Positions 14,593 through 27,050 of a DNA stretch of 64,000 nt are shown here, one piece after another; the stretch's first letter is position 1; each line of letters begins with the position of its first letter. Source of the DNA: Hemiscyllium ocellatum (lineage: Eukaryota); NCBI RefSeq assembly GCF_020745735.1, contig NC_083407.1, positions 60,937,857 through 61,001,856 on the forward strand, read 5' to 3'. Under the pieces are notes generated by a model, which did not search any database, had not been told where the DNA came from, and saw nothing but the letters and a program-made list of their open reading frames with translations. The position numbers were made by a program, and so were the translations under genes.

Positions 14593-14798
14593 AGTTAAAA
14601 ATCACACAACACCAGGTTATAGTCCAACAGGTTTAATTGGAAGCACGCTAGCTTTCGGAGCATCGCTCCTTCATCAGGTGATAGTGCGTCGCTCCGAAAG
14701 CTAGTGTGCTTCCAATTAAACCTGTTGGGCTATAACCTGGTGTTGTGTGATTTTTAACTTTGTACACCCCAGTCCAACACCAGCATCTCCAAATCATG
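14593..14798. mobile_element. Fold-back hammerhead-bearing element (family B, probably PLE-derived)
   Basis: About 70-bp inverted arms agttaaaaatcacacaacaccagg...gctttcggagc. 12-bp TSD accaattttcat at 14581-14592 / 14799-14810. Confidence 0.85.
14646..14680 (-). ncRNA. Minimal hammerhead motif (family B), core intact, one stem I mismatch
   Basis: - strand reads CAC CUGAUGA A GGAGC GAU GCUCC GAAA GC UA^GCG. Confidence 0.7.
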
Positions 14799-14972
14799 AC
14801 CAATTTTCATGTTATTTGCAAATTTACTAATTACATCATCTACATTCACATCTAAGTCATTGATATAGATAATAAATAGCAATGGTCCCGCATTAATCCT
14901 TGTAGTACACTGATGATCAGAAGCCTCCAATCATGAAAACAACCCTGCAGCATCAACCTTTGTCTCCTGTTT

Positions 14973-15052
14973 ATGGAGGTGCTGATGTTGGACTGGGATG
15001 GACAAATAAACCTGTTGAATTATAATCTGGTGTCATGTGACTTCTGACTTTG
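14973..15052. mobile_element. Diverged family B fragment
   Basis: ggaggtgctgatgttggactgggatggacaa joined to taaacctgttgaattataatctggtgtcatgtgac. Confidence 0.6.
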
Positions 15053-15356
15053 TTCTATTTGTGAGACAATTTTGGATCCAGTTTGCCAACTTGCTTTGCA
15101 TCCCATGGACTTTTCCTTATCTTTTGGACCAGCCATTAATGGAGGATTTTGTCAACGGTTTTACTAAACTCCATGTAACTACACTACCCTCATCAATATA
15201 TTTAGCCACCTTTTCAAAAACCTCAATTATATTAGTCAGACAGGATGTCCCTCCAACATATCCATGCTGACTATCCTTGATCAATGCCAGCCTTTCCAAG
15301 TATTGGTTAATCATATCCTTAGGGAAGTTTTTCAAATAAAAGCCCTGCCACTGATG

Positions 15357-15580
15357 ATTGGAGATGTCGGAGGTTGGACTGGGGTGTACAAAGTTAAAAA
15401 TCACACAACAACAGGTCATAATCCAACAGGTTGAATTGGAAGCATTAGTTTGTGGAGCGTCGCTCCTTCATCAGGTAGTTGATGAGGAGCTGAAAGCACC
15501 TGATGAAGGAGCAGTGCTCCAAAAGCTCAAGCTTCCAATTAAACCTGTTGGACTATAACCTGGTGTTGTGTGATTTTTAC
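15357..15580. mobile_element. Fold-back element family B with two decayed hammerheads
   Basis: Inverted arms. Perfect 14-bp TSD ccctgccactgatg at 15343-15356 / 15581-15594. Confidence 0.85.
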
Positions 15581-15916
15581 CCCTGCCACTGATGTCGGAC
15601 TAACTAGTCTGTAATTACCTGGCTAATCCCTGATGCTCTTCTTGAACAAAGGAGCCACATTATTGTCTTCCAGTGATCTGACACTTCGGCTGTGGTGAGT
15701 GAAGTATTAAATATGTCTGTCATGACTCCAGCAAGCAACTTCCTTTACCCCACAGCAGCCTGAGATACATCCCATCAAGCCCTGGTGATTAATGCACTTG
15801 TATGCACATATAAACATCTAATACTTCCCCTTATTAATCTTAACGTATTCAAGATCCTCATCATCTTAAGTGAAATCTCTGGCTGCAATGCCTTTCTTCT
15901 CTCTGAAAATAGATGA

Positions 15917-15990
15917 AGTTAAAAATCACACAACATCAGGTTATAGTCCAACAGGTTTATTTAAAAACACTAGCGTTTGGACCACCACTC
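15917..15990. mobile_element. Family B single arm
   Basis: agttaaaaatcacacaacatcaggttatagtccaacaggttt... Confidence 0.7.
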
Positions 15991-16504
15991 CCTAAGACTT
16001 CATCCACATCCACTGGCTCCATGCACAGATCAGCCCTTGGTCTCTATTATGGTTCCCTCTTTCTCCAGTAATCCTCTTACTCTTCATATACTTATAAAAA
16101 GCTTTGGGATTGTCCTTGATCTCATCTGCCAGAGTTATTTCATGGCCCCTCTTTGCCCTCCCAATTTCCTTTCATTAACTCTTTCAAGACTGTTTCAATC
16201 TGACTGCTCCATCATGAACCTGGAACAGAATCTTCCCAGTCCCTGAATGACTTGGGCTATGGTAGAAATTTGGGGAAGTTGGGTGGCATGTCAAATGATG
16301 CCTATTCTGACATCAAGACCAAAAAAAAATCACATTTTCCAACCAAGATGAGACTCTTGCTTCTGGGCATCAAGAGATCTATTAACATGGAACATTCCTC
16401 ATTATCACCCTTATACTGTTAGAGAGCTCAAAGACCACTCCCATCAGTGTATTTTTCATCTCGTTGTTTCTTACTGGCACCAATATGGATTCTTCATCAT
16501 GAGA

Positions 16505-16865
16505 TGATGGCCTCGTGGTATTATTGATGGACAGTTAATCCAGAGCTATAGAGAATGGTTTGTGGACTTGGGTTTGAATCCCACCATGGCAGATGATGGA
16601 ATTTGAATTCAATGAAAATGTGGAGTTAAGAATCTAATAATGACCACGAAATCTTCATTGATTGTTGGAAAACCCACTTGGTTCATGAATATCTTTTAGG
16701 ATAAATGAAAATGCCATCCATATTTGATCTGCTTTCGTCTAGATGTGACTTCAGACCCATAGCAATGTAATGGACTGTCAGCTGCCGTCTGGGGAAATTA
16801 AATTTTGGCAATAAATGCTGATCTAGTTGGCACTGCCCACATCCCATGAATCCCATGAATAAAAA
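16505..16865 (+). mobile_element. tRNA-derived SINE, second family; related copies at about 25605-25785 (-), 43920-44190 (-), 51210-51400 (+), 58163-58500 (+)
   Basis: B box ggtttgaatccc, shared core ggaatttgaattcaat...aatgacca...ggttca, and 3' tail ataaatgctg...gcccacatccc shared with the LINE ending near 53400. Confidence 0.7.
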
Positions 16866-17080
16866 TTTTAAAAACTCTGATCCAAGATCATTTCTTGTTA
16901 ATGCACTAATTCTGTCTCATAATATCTCACAACTCTTCCTTTCTGTCCTTTGAAAAGATCACATGTCTCTGAATAATTAGTTTCCATTAGTAGGCACGGG
17001 GGAAAAGTGTAGCAATGATTTAGACAGGGCTTGAAGATAGGATGTAGCCATGAGCAGGTAAGCTGAATGACCTGGAACCT

Positions 17081-19825
17081 AACAGAAATAGAACATTACA
17101 GAGTAGTACAGACCCTTCAGCCCTCGATGTTGCAGTGACCTGTGGAACCATATCTGAAGCCTATCTATCCTACAGTATTCTATTTTCATCTATATGTCTA
17201 TCCAATGACCATTTAAATGCCCTTAAGGTTGGCAAGTCTACTGCTGTTGCAGGCAAGGCACTCCATGCCCTTATTACTCTCTGAATAAAGAGACTACCTC
17301 TGACATCTGTACTATATCTCTCACCCCTCAATATAAAGCTATGTCCCCTTGTGCTAGTCATCAGCATCCAAGGACAAAGGTTCTCACTGTCCACCCTACC
17401 TAACCCTCTGATTATCTTATATGTCTCAATTAAGTCACCTCTCAACCTTCTTCTCTCCAATGAAAATAGCCTCAATTCCCTCAGCATTTCCTCGTAAGAC
17501 CTTCCCTCCATACTAGGCAACATCCTAGTAAATCGTTTTTGAATGCTTTCCAAAGCTTCCACATACTTCCTATAATGCGGTGACCAGAACTATATGCAAT
17601 ACTCTAATTGTGGCCACGGCAGAGTTTTGTACAGCTGCAATATGACCTCATGGCTCTGAAACTTAATCCCTCTACCAATAAAAGCTAGCACACTGTATGC
17701 CTTCTTAACAACCCTATCAATCTGGGTGTCAACTTTTATGGATCAATGTACATGGACACTGAGATCTCTCTGTTCATCTACACTACCAAGAATTTTACTA
17801 TTAGCCCAGTACTTTTTATTCCTGTTGCTCCTTCCAAAGTTGAATCACCTCACACTTTTCCTCATTAAACCCCTCTCAGCCCAGCTCTACAGCTTATCTA
17901 TGTCCCTCTGTAACCTGCAATATCCTTCCGCACTTTCCACAACTCCACTGACCTTAGTATCCTCTGCAAGTTTACTAACCCATTCTTCTACGCCCTCATC
18001 CAGGTCACTTATAAAAATGACAAACAGCAGTGGACCCAAAACAGATCCTTGCAGTACAACTCTAGTAACTGAACTCCAGGATGAACATTTCCCATCAACC
18101 ATCACCTGCTGTCTTTGTTCAGCTAGCCAATTTCTGATCCAAACTGCTAAATTACTCTCAAACCCATGCTTTCGAATTTTGTGCAATAACTTACCATGGG
18201 GAACCTTATCAAACGCTTTATTGAAATCCATATACAACACATCAACCGCTTTACCCTCATCAACCTGTTTGGTTCTCAAAGAATTCAATAAGGTTTGTGA
18301 GGTATGACCTACCCTTTACAAAATCATGTTGACAATCCCTAATCAACCTATTCCTTTCTAGATGATTATAAATCTTATCTCTCATAACTTTTTCCAACAC
18401 TTTACCCACAACCGAAGTAAGGATCACTGGTCTATAATTACCAGAATTGTCTTTACTCCCCTTCTTGAACAAGAGGAAAACATTTGCTATTCTTCAGTCC
18501 TCTAGCACTATTCCTGTAGACAATTACGACATAAAGATCAAAGGCAAAGGCTCTGCAATCTCCTCCTTGGCTTCCCAGAGAATCCTCAGATAGATCCCAT
18601 TTGGTCCAGGGGACTTATCTATTTTCATACTTTCCAGAAATGCCAACACCACTTCCTTGTGAACCTCAATCCTGTCAAGTGTAGTAGCCTGTATCTCTGT
18701 ATTCTCCTCGACAATATTGTCTTTTTCCAGTGTGAATACTGATGAAAAATATTCATTTAGTGCTTCCCCTGTCTCCTGTGACTCCACGCACAATGTCCCA
18801 CTACTATCCTTCCTCTAGTTATTCTTTTATTCCTGACATACCTATCGAAAGCTTTAGGGTTTTCCTTGATCCTACTTGTCAACAACTTCTCATGTCCTCT
18901 TCTGGCTCTTCTTAGCTCTCTCTTTCGGTCATTCCTGGCTAACTTGTCACTCTCAAGTGCCTTAACTGAGCCTTCACGTCTCATCCTAACATAAGCCTGC
19001 TCCTTCCTCTTGGAGAAAGTGAGGACTGCAGATGCTGGAGATCAGAGCTGAAAATGTGTTGCTGGAAAAGCGCAGCAGGTCAGGCAGCATCCAAGGAGCA
19101 GGAGAATCGACGTTTCAGGCATGAGCCCTTCCTGAAGAAGGGCTCATGACCGAAACATCGATTCTCCAGTTCCTTGGATGCTGCCTGACCTGCTGCGCTT
19201 TTCCAGCAACACATTTTCAGCTCTGCTTCTTCCTCTTGACAAGAGATTCAACATTTATAGTAAATCACAGCTCCCTCGCTTGACCACTTCCTCCCTGGGA
19301 CATAGAGTAGCTGTTCCTTGATGAAGCTCACCTTTCAACTGTGCCCATTCCCTGCAGTTTCCTTTCCCATTCTGTGCCTCCTAAATCTTGCCTAACCTCA
19401 TCATAATTTCCTTTGCCCCAGCTATAGCTCTTGCCCTGTGGTATATACCTATCCCTTTCCAACCCTAAAATCAACGTAACCAAATTATTGTCGCTATCAC
19501 CAGAGTGCTCACCTGCCTCCAAAGCTAACGTTTGGCCTGGTTCATTACCCAGTACCAAATCCAATGTGGCCTCACCCCTTGTTAGCCTGTCTACATACTG
19601 TGTCAGCAAACCCTCCTGCGCACATTGGACAAAAACTGACCCATCTGCAGTATTTCCAGTTGATATTTGGAAAGTTAAAGTCTCCCATAACAACTACCCT
19701 GTTACTATTGCTCCTATCCAGAATCACTTTACTACCCTTTCCTCTGCATCTCTAGAACTGTTCAGAAGCCTGTAGAAAACCCCCAACAGGGTGACCTCTC
19801 CTTTCCTGTTTCTAACCTCAGGCCA
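17081..19825 (-). mobile_element. CR1 LINE ORF2 remnant (about 2.7 kb)
   Basis: ORFs 17170..17562, 17887..18288 (DFNKAFDKVPH, QGSVLGPLLF), 18260..18472 (NYRPVILTS), 18524..18793, 18757..18984, 19328..19693 (LDLVL). Confidence 0.92.
19013..19222. mobile_element. Fold-back non-autonomous PLE derivative (family A) inserted in a CR1
   Basis: About 90-bp inverted arms around 19131-19137. 16-bp TSD ctgct(c/t)cttcctcttg at 18997-19012 / 19223-19238. Confidence 0.85.
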
Positions 19826-21829
19826 TTGTGGTTGAAGTAGTAATGTGCAGTTGTAAGTGCATGGAAGTATCAGTCATGTCACTTATGTGGCGTGAGAAGT
19901 ATTGGTTTGTGGCTTCTGTTCTATTATATTGATGGCAAAGATTGACTCTGGACTGCCAACACTTGACTAGCTGCGTGGCTAAGGATCAAAGATGCCACTG
20001 GCACCATGGATTCTGAAATATCCTGACAATGGCAAGTACTCACATCTACAGTGAGTGGGAGAATCTGACTAGCATTGGTGCCAAAGCCATCAAAATCCTG
20101 GAACGCACTTCTCAACAGCATTGTGGGTGTTTCTACACCACAAAGACTGTGTGGTCCAGGAAGACTGCTCTTCACCACCTTCTCAAGCGCTATTAGTGAT
20201 GAGTCATATTCAATGCTTCCCTAGACAGAGAAGCCCACATAGTTTGATTTGGAGAAAGAAACAAAACAAAATGAAAACACTAATGGATCTAATTTCCCAG
20301 CATCCAAATGATGATGGACATTTTATATTGCAGCAACTGCTTTACCTACAGAAATAGGAGATTTTTACTGTGCAGAATGGCATTTGAACTTACTAGTGGT
20401 AAGAAGGTTAAACATTATAAAAAGTACACACATATTGTATGTTCGTGCATGTATGTATTAAGATAAATAATTTAGCTTTACTTTTCCTTGCAAAATCATA
20501 TTAGAGAAAAGGAAAGCATTAGCAGCACATTACCCAAGCCATGGAAGAGATACCGAACACAGTTCCTTTTTTTTTGTTTTGAGAAAGAAAGCAACAAGTG
20601 ATCAAACCCCCAAGGATATATCCAACTTTGGTTGACAACCTTAGTTTGTATTCATTTTCCATTGGCATTTAAAACAGCATATGATTGGGATAAAATCCTT
20701 CATAAAATGTGAATACCATTTGTGGGTTTAAAAGCCATTTGTGACTTTCTACCGATTTTCACAGATGCTTAAGGGATCCATTGCAAAACACTTACGCCAA
20801 CATTCACAATTTGCTCAAAATATATCCTGAAGTGTTTTATCTCTGTGGACATATTTAAAATTCTCAGTTGACCTTATTGTAATCTTGGTGTAAGATGTTA
20901 CAAGCCCCTTTTTTTTTCCCTGTCTTGTGACTTAAACAACTCAGCAGTTACAACAGTAATTGTTTATTTTGCAAATGAAAGAAACATTAATATCAGACCT
21001 TCAGTTGAAAAGCTCTATGGTGGCGCATAAGGTGAACTTTATAAACTAATGAAAAAGATCTGAGTATTTTCAAAGGAAAACATGTTATGGAAGTTTGGAT
21101 GAATATACAAACAATCCAAGCCTCATTCATATGGTTCTTGGCAAGATTTGCTTCCCCATGAAGTATGTTACAGATTTGTAAGGCAATCATAAGCATGTTC
21201 TCGACCATTATTTTGAATATTCAAAGTTGGTGAATTATAAAGTTGCTTTTGAGTTGATTTGAACTCTGATGTCAATTTTAAATAAATAATACTTGGTATA
21301 ATTGACAAATATATGATTTAACCATTTAATAGTTTTAGTATTGAAAGCCAAATTTACTTGTAGTTAATGAATTTGAACTGAAGATGAAACTTTGCCCTCC
21401 ACAAGTCATTGACTAGGGCCTACATCCTTCAATAGAATTGCCAACATATTTATATTGAATTCTGGTGAGTGTGTGGAGGACACCCCACTGCACATAGGTT
21501 TCATACTGGCACTGAACCAGAGGCAGAAATATGTAAACCATTAGCAGATTTAGTTCTGTAAAAAAGTACAGCTATGGTGTACAATGTTAAAGTATCTTGC
21601 TAGAAATAATTGTTTGCTTATGGTGGAAGGCGTAATAGTGCAAAAGTGAATTACATGGAAATATTGAGTACATTTGATATTATAATTAAAAATGAAAATA
21701 AAATTTGCATTTAAGCAGCTTTCTTTCCTACAGCAACATACTGTTTATTGTGGATTGATTATGACACAGAATTTACTTTAGTGGTTTTAGAGTAAGTTAT
21801 TACAAACTGTTTATTTCTGAGATTGTTGC

Positions 21830-22885
21830 TTTCTGAAATAGTGTGGAGGCAACAGCATTTATGCCATAGTTTGGGGGGAGGAGGGTGTGCATTGGGGGTA
21901 GTGAGTGTACGGTGCCAGTGAAGAAAAACTGTTGATAATTCAGTTTAAGTGATTGGAATGTGAGAATGGCAGAACAATGGTGTGTCTCCTGCCAGACTTG
22001 AAAGGATAGTAAGTGGCATAGGGAGGAAATGAGGACATGATAACAAGCTGAAAGAAATGGAAGAAATATTCACAATTTAAAGGTGTTGAACTCAACATTA
22101 AGTCTAGAAGGCTGTAAAGTGCCTAGTCTGAAGATGAGATGCGCTGTGCTTCACTGGAACACTGCAGCATACTGAGGACAGACTAGTGGGCATTTGTCTT
22201 TCCAGGTGAAGCAGCATTTCACCTGTACCTCCTCCAATCTTGTGTATTGTATTTGCTGCACCCATTGTGGCCTACTCTACATTCAAGAAACCAAATGCAG
22301 ACTGAGTGACCGCTTTGCAGAACACCTGTGGTCTGTGCACAAGCAGGACCTCACCTTCCTGTAGCTGGTCATTTCAATTAAGTGTCCTGCTCGCATGCCC
22401 ACATGTCTGTTCTGAGCATGCTGCAGTGTTTCAGTGAACCACAGCGCAAACTGGAGGAACAGCATCTCATCTTCAGACTAGGCACTTCGCAGCCCTTCTG
22501 GACTTAATATTGAGTTCAGTAGCTTTAAATTATGAACATTCCTTCTCTTTGTTTTAGACTGTTATCATGTCCTCCCCTCTTCTCCCCCATCCCCCATCCT
22601 TACAAATCTGGCATGAAACATACCATTGCTATGTCGTTCTCATATTCCGATCACTTAAGCTGAATGATCAACATCTTTTCTTCACCAGCACCCTACACCC
22701 ACTACTCCCACCGGCGACCGCCCCCAAACTTAAACATAAATGCAGTATTTCAGCTCTGATGAAGGGTTTTCTAGACTTGAAACATTAGCTTGCTCTCTCT
22801 CCATGAATGCTGACTGACCCACTGTGATCTCCAGCATTTGTTGTCTTCAGTACAGATTTCAGCATATGCAGTAATTTATTCCTGC
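21830..22885 (+). mobile_element. Older PLE with GIY-YIG fragment and an upstream inverted partial copy
   Basis: From 22200: FQVKQHFTCTSSNLVYCICCTHCGLLYIQETKCRLSDRFAEHL. About 21830-22193 is a diverged reverse complement of about 22395-22755. Degenerate hammerhead at 22752-22790. Confidence 0.85.
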
Positions 22886-23420
22886 ATTTGCTACCAAAGT
22901 AAATAACCTCACATTTATCCACATATTATTTCATCTGGGTACATTTGCCCACTCAGCCAACTTATCTAAATCACCCTCAAGCATTTTCTGCATCTTCTTC
23001 ATAGTTCACAGTGCCAACCCAGCTTTATGTCATTTGCAAATTTGGAGTTAGTATATTTAGTTCCCTCATCTAAATCATTAATAAATATATAAATTATGAA
23101 TATTGTGATCTAATAGCACTATTTATCAGTAGATTATTCTGGTATCCTAGCCAACAGACCTGTCACAGTCAGTATTTGCAAAATGACGAAATTTCTGTTT
23201 AGTCTCATTGTAAAATCTTTCTGTGTACGAAATTGCTGTTGTATATTTTCTCAATGGGTCACTACATTCAAAGTGATTCACTGTCCACAAAGTATCAGGA
23301 ACTTTTGTGTGGTGTATGATGAATAATTGTATAAAAACTACTCTTTTATTTAAAGTTTGCATTTAAATTTTGAGGGAAAAATTCACAAGTTGTCAATTTT
23401 CTTACTTTGTTGAAGAATTA

Positions 23421-23957
23421 TAGTCATGGAGTCATAGAGATGTACAACACAGAAATAGACCCTTCGGTCCAACTCATTCGTGCTGACCAGATATCCTAAT
23501 CGAATCTAGTCCCATTTGCCAGCACTTGGCCCATATCCCTCTAAACCCTTCCTATTCAACTACCCATCCAGATGCCTTTTAAATGCTGTAATTGTACGAG
23601 CCTCCACCACTTCCTCTGGCAGCTCATTCCATACACGTACCACCCTCTGTGTGAAAAAGTTGCTACTTAGGTTCCTTTTACAATTTTTCCTCTCAGCCTG
23701 TGCTCTTTACTTCTGGACTCTCTCATCCCAGGAAAAATACCTTGTCTATTTATCCTATCCATGCCCCTCATGATTTTATAAACCAGTATAAGGTCACCCC
23801 TCAGCCTGCAACACTCTAGGGAAAACAGACCCAGCCTATTCAGCCTCTCCCTCTAGTTCAAACCCTCCAACCTTGGCAACATAATTGTAAATATTTTCTG
23901 AACCCTTTCAAGTTGACCAACATCCTTACGATGGGAAGGAGACCAAAATTGAATGCT
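23421..23957 (-). mobile_element. HER1/CR1 3' end
   Basis: Collinear with 10586-11120. Confidence 0.85.
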
Positions 23958-24598
23958 CCTGCATGGTTTCTGCCTCTGTTTAGTTGGAAGTAGATAATTA
24001 CTGTTGGTAAATTAAGGACTTCTTATGTAGCTACAAGTCTTTGCTTTAATAGAATTCATCTGACACAGAATAAACCTTGGTTAAGAGCTGCTCTGCAAAG
24101 CCCAGGAGACATGTCATCCGACTGGAAATGGAACGGACATAGTCTGCTGAAAGAGATGCTTGTGGAGTGTTCGCCAGCTGTTTATAGATTTTTTAATACA
24201 ATTTATTTTCAGGATTGTTTGAGAACTGCTTTTCATCTTTTTGTTTTTGGGTTTTATTCCAACCATAAAAAAACACAAAAATGGCTCCTTATCAGACTTG
24301 GAAAAAATACATCCTGAAATCAATAGTTTTTAGCAAGGGAGTGCTCAAGGATCACCTTCCTGATACTATTAGGTGTTCACATCCAGCGGTATAAAATATC
24401 AGTCTCGTGAGTACTTTGGATGTCTGTTCAAGTATGGATTAATCTGTACTCAAAGTAGTCTATTAAACAGGAAGTCTGTGTGATGCATAAGGGGTTTAGT
24501 TCTTCCTGTTAATCAATTTTAACTGGAATAGTATTCATCTTCAGTGACTATATCTTGAAGATTTCCAAAGTAGATAATTACAAATGTTTGTTTTGCAG

Positions 24599-24673
24599 GA
24601 CCTTTCAGAAATGATGGATTAAAAGTATCTGATGTGATGCCTATAATGAAGGAAAAAGTAGCCTTTGTTTCAG
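24599..24673 (+). CDS. kalrn: Kalirin RhoGEF, first common coding exon (mammalian exon 2 equivalent), 75 nt, phase 1 to 1
   Basis: tgttttgcag|GA CCT TTC AGA...GTT TCA G|gtgagt. Translates (G)PFRNDGLKVSDVMPIMKEKVAFVS(G), matching kalirin GSFRNDGLKASDVLPILKEKVAFVSG as recalled, not TRIO (KNDEMKAMDV..AYLSG). Too short for the ORF track. Confidence 0.95.
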
Positions 24674-26149
24674 GTGAGTATAGATATACTAAATTAACAG
24701 TTTATACAGCTTAGACTTCAGAGAAATTGAAAATAAGCTTATCTAATAACTGAGCTCTTTCCCAGTGACTAGTTAAGCTGTACAGACCAGAAATGTCACA
24801 GGACTGATTTCAATGGGTGGTAGTCAGAGTGATAGAAATTGCATTGGTGCTGATGGAAGAAGCAAAATCTTCCAGGATTCTCTTGCCACATTGCTGCCTA
24901 GCAAGCTCTGCCAAAAATGTAAACATCAGTTAATGTCGGCATTAGCCTCAATTATGATGCTTTCCATAATTGAATAAAAAGTTCAGTTGCTTCTAATATT
25001 ATTTCTCCACTTTTTGTGAATGAAAAAAGATAAAGAGGTGTTTACCATTAACATTGTATTCTAAACTGTACTGTCCCGTACAGAGCTTATTAGGCTTTGC
25101 TCAGAATCAAACCCATTATCCTCAGTGTTTCCAGCTACACCTTCTTGATAAAATCACAGCATTGTTAGCTCCTTCTAGAGAGTAGTAACTCACCTCAAAG
25201 GAGTAGGGCAGAAAATCCATTTCTATTTGGAATAGCTGATATGGCCATTTTGTGTTAGTAATAATAAAATACCACCCAAGTTTGCTGTGTTTTCCAAACA
25301 TTGATCTATAATAAATTCAACTTTATTAAGGAGGATCCAGCTGTTTCAGCCTGAGAGAAGAACACCCACAAAGGGCAATATTTATAATTTCCAACAAACC
25401 CCCATCTGGTGCCTGAATTTCAAAGAAATTCCACTGACCACTTCAGGGTGGCCAAGCTTAAGAGAGACACTATAACCTTGCAATAATGCATTGAAAGAAC
25501 AATACTTTTAAGTTTATAACTTTACTTTCATTTTATCAACTACCAGCTGCAAATCACTAGCTATGTCTGATTTTATTCTTACATCGGATTGGGACTTCAC
25601 TTGCAACGCTGGTATATGTTGCCCTTTCCTAATTGCCATGGGCTGACAGGCCATCTAGGCCATTTCAGAGGGTGGATAAGAGACAACCCCATTGCTGTGG
25701 GGCTGAAAGTCCCTAAAGGATATCAGAGAACCAGATGGGATTTTTATGACAATTGGTAATGGTGCCGTGGCATCCGCCAGCAATCCCAGAAATTCTTGCC
25801 ATGGTAACAGTGGAAAATGCTAGGATTAAAATGGTATTTTAAAAATTTAAAAGGGCACCAACCAGAGGGATGGTAGTCTTAAACACTACGTCAGTTGTCA
25901 TTTTGATCAAAATTATGCCATCAGTGACTGTTTTAGAGCAAGTTGGGGAAATGCCTGCATAAAACAGTAGTAGAATAACCCCTAAAAGGGAACTATAGAA
26001 GAAATCTGCATGTTATTATGCGACAAGTTGCAATTGTCAGCAATGGAGAACAATGATGGCAGGGCAAACTGGTCGTGAGCTTTGTTAGCTGAAGGCCTTT
26101 CTTAAAATGTGCCTGACAACTGACACAACTAAGCTATTCATAAGCAGAT

Positions 26150-27050
26150 AAGGAATAGGAAAATAGAAGCAGGAGTAAATCATGTGGCCTTTGGGGCCTA
26201 TTTTGCCAAATCCAATGATGGCCAAACTTTTTATTTTTCATCCTCCACCAGTATCCCTTGGTTTATTGAGAGACAAAAAAAAAATCTGTCTGTCTCAAGC
26301 TGATGTTTGGTCACAGATGGAACATTCACAACAGTTTGGGGTACAGAATTCCGAAGATTCACAACTCTTTAAATGAATGAGTTTCTCCTTGTAACTGTCC
26401 TAAATGATCAACCCCTTGTCCTTAGACTGTTTTGAATGTACAACACAGCAGTATGTTCAACACACAGTCTTTTATTGATGATAAAGGAAAAAGTACAATG
26501 TGTGTGTCTTATGGAAGAGGTCACATGACTACAACAGATGAGGAGGGACATTTATGCATGGTTGCATTTCATTTCAAACAAGACCGGTGCTTTTTGTGTT
26601 CCAGAAGTCCCAGTACGTGGAAGCACCCTAAAAGCATCAACCATGTCAAGCCCATTTAGAATCTGAATGCTTCAATAAGATCACCTCTCATTCTTCTGAA
26701 GTCCAGAAAATATAAACCCAAGTTAAACAGCCTCTCATCATAGAATAAGGAGCCAATTTACTAAAGTTTTGTTGTGCTGCCTCCAATGCTAGTATTTCTT
26801 TCTTTAATTTGTAGACCACAACTTCAAATCTTCACACAGATTTGAAGTTGTGGTCTCACCAAAGCCCTGCACAGTTGTAGCAAGGCTTTCTTAGATTTGT
26901 ACTGGCAAAATGGCTAACATACCGTCTGCTTGCTATACCAACAAGCAAACTTTGTGTTCCTTGCGTAAATACATCCAAGAAGTGTTGAACATTAACAATT
27001 CAAAGTTTCATGCCTTTTAGAAAATATTCTGCTTTTCTGTTCATATTAGC
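26150..27050 (-). mobile_element. Degenerate CR1 3' region, interrupted at about 26430-26655
   Basis: agaagcaggagta...agatcacctctcattcttct...gtggtctcaccaaagccctg, reverse-complement homology to 32.4-33.1 kb. Confidence 0.65.
26813..26856. repeat. Perfect 19-bp inverted repeat with 6-nt loop
   Basis: agaccacaacttcaaatct-tcacac-agatttgaagttgtggtct. Confidence 0.95.

Larger units (their letters stand above)
13715..16215 (-). mobile_element. Degenerate CR1 LINE interrupted by an HE1 SINE and four family B inserts
   Basis: ORFs 13972..14154 (QKDLGLQVHRSLKV) and 15117..15419 (SQHGYVGGTSCLTNIIEVFE). Confidence 0.8.

Noticed and set aside
14593-14798. Reading the fold-back elements as MITEs, pre-miRNAs or terminators
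   Set aside because: Variable 12-16 bp TSDs, asymmetric arms, variable junctions and (for family A) identity with PLE 3' ends favour retroelement-derived inversions.
24111-24412. ORF MSSDWKWNG... and a gtgagt donor near 24407 as a proximal first exon
   Set aside because: No ATG-initiated frame reaches that donor in phase 1 (in-frame TAG upstream). A non-coding exon cannot be excluded but is unsupported.
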